Below are positions 35,011 to 45,296 of a stretch of 64,000 nucleotides of DNA, in pieces. Each line of letters opens with the position of its first letter. Within the stretch, counting starts at the first letter, position 1. The notes below the pieces were generated by a model that worked only from the letters and a program-made list of their open reading frames with translations, had not been told where the DNA came from and did no database searches. Location of the stretch: positions 41,354,001 to 41,418,000 of the forward strand of contig NC_083227.1 in the NCBI RefSeq assembly GCF_032191835.1, read 5' to 3'. The position numbers and the translations under genes were made by a program. Source of the DNA: Heteronotia binoei (taxonomy: Eukaryota).

Positions 35011-35690
35011 GAAATTTTACTCCTCAGAAGGAATCTTCTATCTATTTTTCAGGAACCATCCAGCATTTTTTCCAATTAAAAAAAAGCATCTGGCTGCAAA
35101 ACAGTTAACAAAAATCTGCATCAGTCCTATCAATAGTCGTATATAAACCCCCTCAAAAATTAAACATAAGAACTTCAAAACAACAATTGGAGTGGAAAAG
35201 CCATAGAAGGTGCAGCGAAAAGAATCTATATTGGATTCAGTGTCCATTTAGCCCAGCTATCATGGCCCAACTAATGGAGCACAGAAGCCAGATCCTTTCC
35301 CAATGTTGCCTCCTAGCATTGTTATTCAAAGGTTTACCGCCTCCTGGGATATAAACAGCCTTTATATGTCATAACTTTTCAGCTCCCCCTCTATAAAAGA
35401 AGCTGCCTTTTACTGAATCAGACCAGTTGTCCGTCAAGGTATTTACACAGATGGGCAGCAGCTCTGTCAGATCCCAGGCTAAGGTTTTTCACATCACCTT
35501 CTATATAATTCTTTTAACTGGAGCTGCTGTGGATTGAACCTGGGATCGTCTACATGGCAAGAAGATACTCTACCACTGTCCCATGGCTCTTCCCGCACAG
35601 AACATTAATGATTATCATTAAGGTACAATCACTTGACATAGTAGAGTTAGAACTGGAAGTCTTTGTCTCCTTGTATTCCACTAGTTCAAT

Positions 35691-35985
35691 GAGCCCCATG
35701 GCACAGAGTGGTAAAGTTGCAGTAAAACAGTCTGAGCCCTCTGCTCATTACCTGAGTTCAATCCCTGCAGAAGCTGGGTTCAGGTAGCTGGCTCAAGGTT
35801 GACACGGCCTTCCATCCTTCCAAGGTCGCTAAAATGAGTACCCACCTTGCTGGGGATAAAGTGTAGATGACTGGGGAAGGCAATGGCAAACTACCCTGTA
35901 AAAAGTCTGCCGTGAAAATGTTGTGATGAGATGTCACCCCAGAGTCGGAAATTACTGGTGCTTACACAGGGGACTACCTTAACCT
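35691..35985 (+). mobile_element. Sauria SINE
   Basis: Colinear with the copy at 4547-4843. Confidence 0.85.
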
Positions 35986-36134
35986 TTATCTCACTCATTG
36001 CTTATTTCTTACAATTGTTGCCCCTCCTATTGTACAGTGGCATCCTGGAATCTACAGTGAGGTGCTTTTGGGGTTGGAGCCTCTAACACAGATTGGCTTA
36101 TCCAAGTAGGCAGTCATGTTGGTCTGAAGTAGAA

Positions 36135-36221
36135 GAACAAAATAGGAGTCGGTTGCACCTTTAAGACCAACTTAGTTTTATTAAGCTGGTCTTAAAGGTG
36201 CAATCGACTCCTATTTTGTTC
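36135..36221. repeat. Near-perfect inverted repeat of Penelope-type termini (35-bp arms, 1 mismatch)
   Basis: gaacaaaataggagtcggttgcacctttaagacca / tggtcttaaaggtgcaatcgactcctattttgttc with a 17-nt spacer. Confidence 0.85.
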
Positions 36222-36589
36222 TACAGATTGGCTGAGTTGAGCTGGTGTGATGGCACAGAACTTACATAAACATTCAGTTTGTTCAAGGAGAAATGTTGAA
36301 GCAAGCTGGTAGTCCAGCTTCTGTAATTGTAAGGAAAAGTTACCAGTTTAGCCAAGACGAAAAACTTTGTGGAGGGACCATGGCTGAGTAGGTAGAGTAT
36401 TTGCTGGGCATGCCGAAAGTGCCAAGTTTAATCCCCAGCATCTCCAGTAAAAAGTAGCACATAAAGATGGCTTTAATGTTAACAAAAAAATTGAGATTGC
36501 GCAAGATTTTCTGTTGACTTCAACATTAACCAAAAGGGAGACTGCACCCCAAAAATCGTAAGGAGATAGAGACTGGGGGGGGGAGGGGG

Positions 36590-37082
36590 AGATGGCCATG
36601 AAGGAACTAGAAAAGATCCTTAAGGATATATCACTGGCAACCAAGATCAAGTTAATTTGTGCCACAGTATTCCCCATTACTATGTATGGATGTGAAAACC
36701 GGACAATGAAGAAAGCTGACAAGACGCTTCCTTTGAAATGTGGTGTTGGAGGAGAGTTTTATGGATATCATAGACTGCCAAAAGGACAAATAAGTGGGTT
36801 CTAGACCAAATCAAGTCTGAACTCTCCCTAAATGCTAAATTGACTACACTGAGGTTATCGTAATTTGGTCACATTATGAGAAGAGTCACAGGAAAAGCCA
36901 ATGATGCTAGGAAAAGCTGAAGGATGCTGGAAAAGAGGAAGACCCAACATGGGATGGAATGACTCTATAAAGGAAGTCACGGTGCTTCATTTGCAAGGCT
37001 GTTAATAATAGGGCATTTTGAAGGACATTGATTTATAGGGTCACCATAAGCTGGAAGCAACTTGATGGCATTTAACACACAC
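36590..37082 (+). mobile_element. RTE-clade LINE 3' fragment
   Basis: Translates in part to LATKIKLICATVFPITMYGCE.RTMKKAD, typical of RTE ORF2 C-termini, and ends in an (AC)n tail. Confidence 0.75.
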
Positions 37083-37494
37083 AAAGGTGATATGAAAGAT
37101 CTTAGCTAAAGACTCTGAAGTGCCACCGTCAGCCAGAAAAAGGTAATATTGAACATGTTAGTCCAATAGTCTGATGCAGACAACCACATACACGCCACCT
37201 GCATAGGTCACTTCCAAAGTAAAAGAAAAAAAAAGCCTTGACTCTGAAAGGTGTGAGACCAGCTTTGTTGTAGGAGAGGCTGGCTCCCAGCTGTTCCCCA
37301 CACCTGCTTTTTGTTAAACAAAGCTGACACCTTTCATTCCACTGAGATGGGGGAATATCAAGCTCAGAGACAAAGCAAAAATCAAAATCATTTCATCAAA
37401 AGGCTGCTAGAAAGTGCTGATGGTTTATCAGGTGCCATCTTTCTCATTTCGAGGAGTTCTGTGCACTCACTTAGCACCTGAATAGCCTAAACTA

Positions 37495-37680
37495 GCCTAA
37501 GTTTGTCAGGGCTGGCAGAAGCTAAGCAGGGTCAGCTTTAGTTACTACTTGGAAGGTAGACTGCCAAGGAAGGCCAAAGTTGCTATGCAGACAGGCCACG
37601 GCAAACCACCTCTGTTCATCTCTTGCCTTGAAAACTCCTTGAGGGGTTGACATAAGTCAATTGTGACTTGACAGCACTTA
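37495..37680 (+). mobile_element. 5S rRNA-derived SINE (5S-Sauria-like)
   Basis: 5S internal-promoter-like GAAGCTAAGCAGGGTC...TACTTGGA head fused to a Bov-B-like GGCAAACCACCTCTG...TTGCCTTGAAAA tail. Related copies at ~5688-5835, 9655-9830 and 62295-62450. Confidence 0.65.
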
Positions 37681-38549
37681 CTTAAACCCTTTTCAAATTG
37701 CCTTTGCATTCCATTTCAGTAACTGATCGCTAATGGATTTTATTTTGTCAATTCAGGCAGCCTCGTCTTAGAAACCAGCTGCTACCAGAATTTATTTACC
37801 CATTCCTATCCACTTATGTCAGGTTAGCAAAGTAAAATGGACCTGCTTTGCAGGAAAACTGTTTTCTTCCAATTTTTACCCCTTTGTTGCACTTCTGAAT
37901 TGCTGTGGCATGCTGTTTAAAATGACCCTAGCGTTTTCTACAATGCCTCTTTTCTCCCCACCCATTTTTTGCTGCGCAATCTTCCTCTGACTGTTTTGGG
38001 ATATTCTAAATTGAGCGCTATAGCGCTAAACCAATATAGCTCTTCAGTGCTACAGCAGCACCATTGAGATGCTTTGAATCAAGTCCAAAGAAGATTGCGC
38101 AGTGAAAAAGGGTGGGTGAAAAACAGCGGCACTTCATGAAACTACCATAGTGCTTCAGAGGCAGTTTATTCATGGAAGGGGTATGAAAGCCCCTTCCCTG
38201 TATTGTTTTACTCAAAATTGGGGCAACAACGATTAACATCTGGTTTACAATGGTGACATGAAAAGGGCCTCAGCTAATATGTGCACACTTGCAGGAGTAT
38301 AACACTGGGGAGCATACAACTACCTAAACACTAAACTTTCAAGAGGACGTTGTCAGACAAGCCCTTAGACAAGAGGACGCCATTAATCGCCCCATGTTGT
38401 TCCCGATCAGAGTCGTTTAAATAGCAAGCCCCACGACTCGAGCACTTAAATACTTGTGCTAGGAAGAGGCAGACAGCGGGCAAGACACGTCACTGCATTT
38501 CCCCAAGCACTGTTTCAGCTTCACGCTGAGCAAACGTGACTTCCGAACA

Positions 38550-39500
38550 GTCCCAGAACGTCCAATTATCAATAATGGCGAAATGCAACAGTCGCCGGAA
38601 GGGCTCCTTCCCGATGATGTCCCGCCCTGAAGCAAGATGCTGGCAAGCGGAGATTTAGCATTTTAGACCCCTTCAGATCAGAGTTCCTCCTTGGTACCCC
38701 CTGATTCCGCGCCACTGTTCCCCGCGCGCCCCTTCCAATCTCAGCCCGTTACCTATAGCCTTACGAGCGCGGAGTTAATACCTCTCTACCATCTCGGGCT
38801 CAGTCCAGCAAGCGAGTGGAGAGACAGTCTCCACTTCGGTCGGGCGCACAGGAAGCGAGGCTCAAGGTCTCTCTCCGGCGCTCAATCACGTGGGAGGGAC
38901 CGGAGCCGATCAGCTGCATTGTCTTCAGAAGCACCGCCCCTTTCCCTGCTAACTGGAAGAGGAAAGGGAAAGAGAGGGGCATTTTGCCTCCCGCAGCTAC
39001 TCATACGGCCTCCTCTAGCGGCTACAATTCACGACTGAAAACAGGAGCCCAGAAAATTAATCACGATCTGGACTTTAAAACAGTCGCTGTCTTGATGCTT
39101 CCCTTTACCATTTTGAAGATAAGGTATCTCAGGCCACGTGTTCTACAAAGCAACTCCCACTGACTTCGGCGGGGCTTGCTAGTGCCTTGTAAATGTGCAT
39201 AACATCGCGCCCTCAATTGCAAAGCGTTTCACAGACTTACTTTCTTGCATTGAGCCTCCCACTCAACACAGTGCCCTTTGTGGACAAACGCTACACCTCT
39301 GCATTGTGGCAAGCAGTAGTTTTAGGCTGCGTGGTTGGTTGACCCACTCTCGGCCATGGAAAATAAGCGCTACCGGACGCAGTTTGCTCCGAACATCTTT
39401 TAGAACAGCAAGGATCGGCAACTGCCGCCTGTCTTTCGCGGACTCGCATTGCTGCAAAATTGCTGTAAAGCTGCCGGAAAACACACCGCCCCAAAATAGG
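38550..39500 (-). promoter_or_regulatory. CpG island, probable promoter and first exon of ZNF gene 2
   Basis: Dense CpG, CCGGAAG (ETS/GABP-type), two CACGTG E-boxes, and a - strand donor AG|GTAACG at 38752 oriented toward the ZNF exons. Confidence 0.55.
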
Positions 39501-41178
39501 ACCTGGAATAAGGACTGAGCAGAATGAACTCAGCAACAATGGACGGTGCATATTGTCTAGTTGTATAGTGTACAAAGCCTAGGTGCTTTTAGGCACATAT
39601 GCAGCTATAACTTTGAACACATGTATAATATAGTGGGTTTAAAGCATTGCAGAGAGGAGATCATAGTGAGGACAGCTCTTTATTAGGAGCAGCATGGTGA
39701 TGGCTGCTTCCACAAAAGACTGACTAAGGGCTTGTGGGCCAAACCTATATACAACTCTAATCTCCCGCGCAAGCTTGCCATTGGTTCATTCAAACAGGCA
39801 GGGGTCTGTGATTGGTGTAGGGCGGTGGGTATTTGGATCCCACTACCCATTGTTGTACGGTCCCCAAGCTCTGCTTTCCTGGCTCCAATGAGCTGGCAGG
39901 AAGTACATCCTTTAAGGCACATACATAACATCCCTCCCCCCTTAGTTCGCAACCCTATTGTACGTAGTCCTGTAGGTATGCTGGCTTGTGCTGCTCGCGT
40001 GTCCACCTTCTGAGTTCTGGGGCTGCCAGCGGGGAGCTTGCGGCCTCAGGTGCTGGTAGCATTGGGGCCTCTGCCAGTGGTTTGAGGTCTTCCTGATGCT
40101 TGGCTCTGGCCAGATGTTCTGATTCCCCTTGTGGTGGGGGTGTTTGTTGAGCTGCGGCCGCCGGGGCAGTCACTTCTTCCATCTCTGCCTCCAGACTGTT
40201 GGCCAGTGAGGCATTGGGGCTTGCTGCCCTGCCCTCTGGTGCCTCACGGGGCCGCAACTGGTCTATGTGTCGCCTCATTGTGAATTCCTCAGGTGACCTC
40301 ATACATTACGAACCCCAGTACCCTGGCGACTCAGGCCAGTATCCATGCTGCTCCCCCTCCAAAGTTTTTAGCGAACACCAGGTTCCCTATGTTGAACTCT
40401 CTGGGTGCCTGGACCGTCTGTAGGTTTGGGGCCAAGTCCAGGTGCATCCAGTCTAGTAATGTATTAAGACTCCTACCCATGAGCAGTTCCGCTGGGCTTC
40501 GGCCAGTTACCGTACTAGGGGTGTAGTGTTGGGCGAGCAGGCATTCGGCTAGGCAGGCTTCCCAGTTGCCCTGGATGATGCGGCGGAGCAATTCTTTGGT
40601 AGTCCGCACCATCTGCTCCGCTTGGCTGTTTGTGGCGGGATGGAAGGGGGCCAACCTTATATGCTTTATAATATTTCCACCACAAAAGTCTTGGAACTCG
40701 GCCGAAGTGAATGCCGCCCTGTTGTCTGAGACCAGGGTGTCTGGCAACCCATGTGTGGCGAAAACCCTTCGGAGCACCCCTAGTGCCACCCTGGTGGAAG
40801 TGGATGCTACCAGGATTACCTCTAGCAACTTGGAGTGGGAATCTATGATCAAGAAGAATACCTGTCCCTGGAAGGGCTCCACAAAATCTAAATGCAGGCA
40901 GGACCAGGGGTTTTGTGTGTGTAACGTACTAGAAGCGGAGACGAGAGTAGGGCAACATGGTTTATTAGGAGCACGTTGCAAGAGAGCGAACACGCGGGCC
41001 GGGTCCCGCTTATGTACAATCCCGGGTACAGCCTACTGGGTTGGTTGGGCCAATCCAGCCCCGTTGAACTTCCCGCCACAGCTGGAGATAGGCGGGGACA
41101 GGCTCCCGGCGCTGGGGCTCCTGGAACTGCCCAGTTGCCCCCCCCGTCGGGTCGCATGACATTTCTTGATACACTACA

Positions 41179-41190
41179 CCCCTCCCCCCC
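41179..41190 (-). promoter_or_regulatory. Polypurine tract of Gypsy B
   Basis: GGGGGGGAGGGG immediately before the TGTAG start of the 3' LTR. Confidence 0.9.
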
Positions 41191-41193
41191 TGG

Positions 41194-44100
41194 TTAATGT
41201 ACAAAGTCCTGTAAGTATGCGGGGGGCCGGCGCTCCCGAGTGGACCGTCTGGGGGGTCCCGGTGGCGGCGGCGCGGCCGCCGAGGATGGTGCCTCGGTAG
41301 GTCCTGGAGTGGACGGGGGCGGCCCGTCCGGTTCAGCGGATCCCTCGGTTTCGGTCGGTTCCGGTACCTCCGGCGCCCGCATCACAGATGTTGGGATCGC
41401 GTCATCTGGGCGGTCTCCGTTAGGCTCCTCGCTGGATATAGCCTCGTCCGTGTCTGTGGGGGCCTCCGGAAGGGTGCGGCGCCTCAACTGATCAATGTGC
41501 TGCCGTAGTACTTGGCCCCCCTCCGTTGATATGTCGTAGTGGCGGGACCCGGTTACCCTCAGTACCCGCCCCGCCACCCAATCGGGGCCCCTTGCATAGT
41601 TGCGGGCGAAAACTGGGTCGCCCGCGAAGAAACCCCGGGCGGCGTCTCGGACTTCGGGGCTCCCGCGGGTGTCTGAAGCCCGGTCGGGATGCAGCCGGTC
41701 CAGCCGGGTTATGAGTTTGCGTCCCATGAGGAGCTCAGCCGGGCTGACTCCTGTGACCGGGTTAGGGGTGATCCGATTATCGAAGAGGAACGCGGCCAGC
41801 CTGTGGTCCCAGTCCCCCTGTACAATTCGGCCGAGGGCCTCCTTTGTTGTGCGGACCATCCGCTCCGCCTGGCCGTTGGTGGCCGGATGGAAGGGAGCCG
41901 ACCTTATGTGCCTGATCAGGTATCTTTGCAGGAACGCCTGGAAGTCGGCTGAGGTGAAGGCGGCCCCGTTATCAGAGACTATGGTGTCCGGGATGCCATG
42001 TGTGCATAGGACCCTGCGCAGAGCTCTGATCGCGGCTGTGGACGAGGTGGACCCTACGGGGATGACCTCCAGCCATTTGGTGTAGGAGTCCACTATTATG
42101 ATGAAGGTCTGCCCCTGGAATGGGCCCGCAAAGTCGATATGGAGTCTCGACCATGGTTTCCGGGTGGACTCCCACCTAGTGACGGGGGCGCTGGGCGGCT
42201 CGGGCCGGGATTCCTGGCAGGTCTGGCACCCGCGGACCCAGCCCTCGATCTCCCCGTCCATTCCCGGCCACCAGACGTAGCTCCTGGCCAGAGCCTTCAT
42301 TCGCACTATGCCGGGATGAGTCTCGTGTAGGGATTCTAGAACACGCTTTTGGAGCGGAGGTGGAATCACTACCCTACTGCCCCAAAGTATGCAGCCCTTG
42401 TGTGCGGCTAATTCCTCCCTCCTCGCCTTGTAAGGCTTGAATTCTTCCCCCATGTTTCCCTCTGGCCACCCCCTCACCACCCAGTCGAGCACCCGTGCCA
42501 GTGTCTTGTGTTTCTGGGTGGCCTTGGCCACCTCCGTTGCGTGGAGGGGCGGCTCTGGGAGGCTCTCTATCATCATGACCTGGTGTGCGGGTGCGGGGTC
42601 CGGACCCGTCTCCGGAAGCGGCAAACGGCTAAGCGCATCCGCGTGTCCCATAGCCTTGCCGGCCCTATGAACCAGTGTGTACGTGTATGAGTTGAGGAAT
42701 TGGTTCCACCTCAACACGCGCTGTGAGAGTATTTGGGGGGTTTGTCGGTCTGGGGCCAGTAGACCTAAGAGGGGCTTGTGGTCCGTGGCGATGGTGAACC
42801 TTCTCCCATATAGATACTCGTGGAACTTTCGGACCCCTGCCACGATTGCCAGGGCCTCTTTATCTATCTGCGCGTAGTTGCGCTCGGCTGAAGTGAGCGT
42901 GCGGGAGTAATATGCGACCGGTACCTCCCTCCCGTCCGGAAGCTGGTGCCCCAGGACTGCTCCCACCCCATACGGCGACGCATCGCAGGCCAGGATGACG
43001 GGGAGGGCCTCGTCAAAATGGTGGAGCACCGCATTGGACACCAGGACGTCCTTGACCGCCTGAAACGCCGCGGCCTGTCGTTTGCCCCAAACCCAAGGGG
43101 CTTTTTTGTCCAGCAGCCGGTGAAGGGGCTCCGCCAGGGCTGCCTTGTGGGGGAGGAAGGAGTGGTAAAAGTTGAGCACCCCCAAGAAGCTTTGGAGCTC
43201 CGCTTTACAAGTGGGAGTTGGGGCTTGCACGATGGCTCGGGTCTTTTCTTCCGTGGGGTGGATTCCTGCTGCGTCAACGGCGAACCCCAGAAACTCTACC
43301 CGTGGAACCCCCAGCAAGCATTTCTCTCTCTTGACCTTGAGCCCCGCTGCCTGGAACCGGCGGAGCACCTCTCGAAGGCGGTTGCCGAATTCATCGGGGC
43401 CCGGGGCGGCGACTAAAACGTCGTCGAAAAACGGCTGGACTCCTGGGATCCCTTTAAGGAGAGCGTCCATTAGGCTCTGGAAAATCCCCGGAGCGACGCT
43501 AACCCCAAACTGAAGCCTCTTTACCCGGAAAGCCCCCCTGTGGGTCACGATCGTTTGGGCCTCCGCCGTCTTATTGTCTACTGGGAGCTGCTGGTAGGCC
43601 TGGGCCAGGTCTAGCTTCCCAAATATCCTAGCCCCCGCTAGGGCGGCCAGGACATGGCTCACCACCGGCACTGGATAGGGGTTGTCCTGTAGTGCCTTGT
43701 TTATGGTGCATTTATAATCGGCACAGATCCGCACCTCCCCGTTCGGCTTGATGGGGGTAACGATGGGGGTTTCCCAGGTGGCGTAGTCCACCGGCTCCAG
43801 GACGCCTTGTGCCGTGAGGCGGTCTAACTCTGCCTCGATCTTAGGTTTCAAGGCGAACAGAACCCTCCTGGCCTTGAGCCGAATCGGTCTGACCGTGGGG
43901 TCTAGGGGCAGGGAGATGGGCGGCCCCCGGTAGCTCCCTAGGGACCCATCGAATACCTCGGGGAATTCCTTGCAAATCTCCCCGAACCCCCGGGGCGTTA
44001 TGGTCTGGCCCACCCCCTCCACGCGGATTCCCAAGGGTTTGAACCAGGCCAGACCTAGCAGGGTGGCCAGCTGGCGCTTAACCACCAGGATGTCCAGCGG

Positions 44101-45222
44101 GCCGTGGAAGGACCCCCGCTCGACTTGTACCCGCGCCCACCCCGCAATTTGCACCGGGTTCTTCTGGAAGTCCCGGAGTATGAAGTCTGCCGGCTGAAGT
44201 TGCAGCCGCTGGCGGGGACACAGTTCTCTTAGGGTTTCTTCCGCAATAAGGGAAATGGAGGACCCTGAGTCCACCTCCATTTGGCAGGGGTTCCCCTCTA
44301 TAAGGACCGCCACTTTGATTTTATCGGGGGAATCGTGGGGCAAGTTCAGTACCTGTAGGGACGTGGAGTCTACTGCGTGGGACTCCACGGACTCGTGGTA
44401 CGTGGTCGGCCTCCTGCGGTTGGGCTTGGCTCGGCAAGCCCTGGCAATGTGGCCGGTCTTTCCGCAGCTCCTGCAGTCCCAGGTCCGGTATTGGCAGTCT
44501 CTCCGCTCGTGGGGGCCGCCGCAGCTGGCGCACTTGGTGGCCGGGGCTCTCTCCAACGCTGGTGGTCGGTCGGTCGCTCGGGGGCGTTGGGTCGCTCTGT
44601 TGGGTGGCCCGGCTGGGCGGCGTAGCTGATGGGCTTCCTCCTCCTCGGGGCCGTCTTGGTCCAGCTCTCCGTGGTGGGCAGCTTCCATCTTGGCCCGGGG
44701 AAACGTTCGTGCGGTTCGTTCCCATGCCACCGCTTCGCTGAAGGCGGCCTGGAGAGTAAGCTCTTCTTTGGCGAAGAGCTTCTGCTGGAGCCTCTCGTCG
44801 CGGAGGCCCCACGTGAATCTGTCCGCCAGGGCTTCCTCCAGTTGGGGGAGGTTGCAGTTCCCGGCGAGTTTACGGAGGGCCGCCAGGTAGTCTGCGGCGG
44901 ACTCGCCCGCGATCTGGTCCCGTTTGTGGAACAGGAACCTGCGAGCCACCCGCGAAGGCTGTGGTGAGAAGTGTCCCGTGAGGAGTCGGATGATCTCGTC
45001 GTAGGATTTCTCTGCCAGACGGGCGGGTGCCGAGAGACCCTTGGCGATCTCGAACGTGGCAGGCCCGCAGACGCTCATGAGAACGTCCCTCTTCGCTCCG
45101 GCGTCAGTGATCTTGTTGGCCCGGAGGTAGAACTCGACCCGCTCCGCGTAGGACTCCCATCCCTCTGGATTGGTTGGGTCGAAGGGCTCGAGGTAGCCGG
45201 TGATTCCGCCTTGGTTGGCCAT
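41194..45222 (-). CDS. Gag-Pol polyprotein (1342 aa): Gag with two zinc knuckles, aspartic protease, RT, RNase H, integrase
   Basis: CASCGGPHERRDC and CRSCGKTGHIARAC knuckles; VDSGS; LDLAQAYQQ, FGVS.APGIFQ and PFFDD; LACDAS, TDHKPL and ADALSR; HHCC followed by D-D-E (HIDFAGP, SDNG, NGQAERMV). No stop or frameshift, and no chromodomain or env was recognised. Confidence 0.97.
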   Translation of the reverse strand: MANQGGITGYLEPFDPTNPEGWESYAERVEFYLRANKITDAGAKRDVLMSVCGPATFEIAKGLSAPARLAEKSYDEIIRLLTGHFSPQPSRVARRFLFHKRDQIAGESAADYLAALRKLAGNCNLPQLEEALADRFTWGLRDERLQQKLFAKEELTLQAAFSEAVAWERTARTFPRAKMEAAHHGELDQDGPEEEEAHQLRRPAGPPNRATQRPRATDRPPALERAPATKCASCGGPHERRDCQYRTWDCRSCGKTGHIARACRAKPNRRRPTTYHESVESHAVDSTSLQVLNLPHDSPDKIKVAVLIEGNPCQMEVDSGSSISLIAEETLRELCPRQRLQLQPADFILRDFQKNPVQIAGWARVQVERGSFHGPLDILVVKRQLATLLGLAWFKPLGIRVEGVGQTITPRGFGEICKEFPEVFDGSLGSYRGPPISLPLDPTVRPIRLKARRVLFALKPKIEAELDRLTAQGVLEPVDYATWETPIVTPIKPNGEVRICADYKCTINKALQDNPYPVPVVSHVLAALAGARIFGKLDLAQAYQQLPVDNKTAEAQTIVTHRGAFRVKRLQFGVSVAPGIFQSLMDALLKGIPGVQPFFDDVLVAAPGPDEFGNRLREVLRRFQAAGLKVKREKCLLGVPRVEFLGFAVDAAGIHPTEEKTRAIVQAPTPTCKAELQSFLGVLNFYHSFLPHKAALAEPLHRLLDKKAPWVWGKRQAAAFQAVKDVLVSNAVLHHFDEALPVILACDASPYGVGAVLGHQLPDGREVPVAYYSRTLTSAERNYAQIDKEALAIVAGVRKFHEYLYGRRFTIATDHKPLLGLLAPDRQTPQILSQRVLRWNQFLNSYTYTLVHRAGKAMGHADALSRLPLPETGPDPAPAHQVMMIESLPEPPLHATEVAKATQKHKTLARVLDWVVRGWPEGNMGEEFKPYKARREELAAHKGCILWGSRVVIPPPLQKRVLESLHETHPGIVRMKALARSYVWWPGMDGEIEGWVRGCQTCQESRPEPPSAPVTRWESTRKPWSRLHIDFAGPFQGQTFIIIVDSYTKWLEVIPVGSTSSTAAIRALRRVLCTHGIPDTIVSDNGAAFTSADFQAFLQRYLIRHIRSAPFHPATNGQAERMVRTTKEALGRIVQGDWDHRLAAFLFDNRITPNPVTGVSPAELLMGRKLITRLDRLHPDRASDTRGSPEVRDAARGFFAGDPVFARNYARGPDWVAGRVLRVTGSRHYDISTEGGQVLRQHIDQLRRRTLPEAPTDTDEAISSEEPNGDRPDDAIPTSVMRAPEVPEPTETEGSAEPDGPPPSTPGPTEAPSSAAAPPPPGPPRRSTRERRPPAYLQDFVH

Positions 45223-45278
45223 GATGGCGGCGACAGTCGCTTGTTGCCCAGATCTCCGTCGTAGCCGCTGCGGCTAGG

Positions 45279-45296
45279 ATCCCACCTTCGTCGCCA
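45279..45296 (-). promoter_or_regulatory. Primer-binding site of Gypsy B (probably tRNA-Ser(GCU))
   Basis: TGGCGACGAAGGTGGGAT lies one base inside the 5' LTR. Complementarity to a vertebrate tRNA-Ser(GCU) 3' end is recalled, not searched. Confidence 0.8.

Noticed and set aside
41240-45264. Numerous 60-160-aa antisense and alternate-frame ORFs over Gypsy B (and likewise over A and C)
   Set aside because: Expected by-product of a GC-rich, stop-poor coding strand. They carry no motifs and are not conserved in frame among A, B and C.
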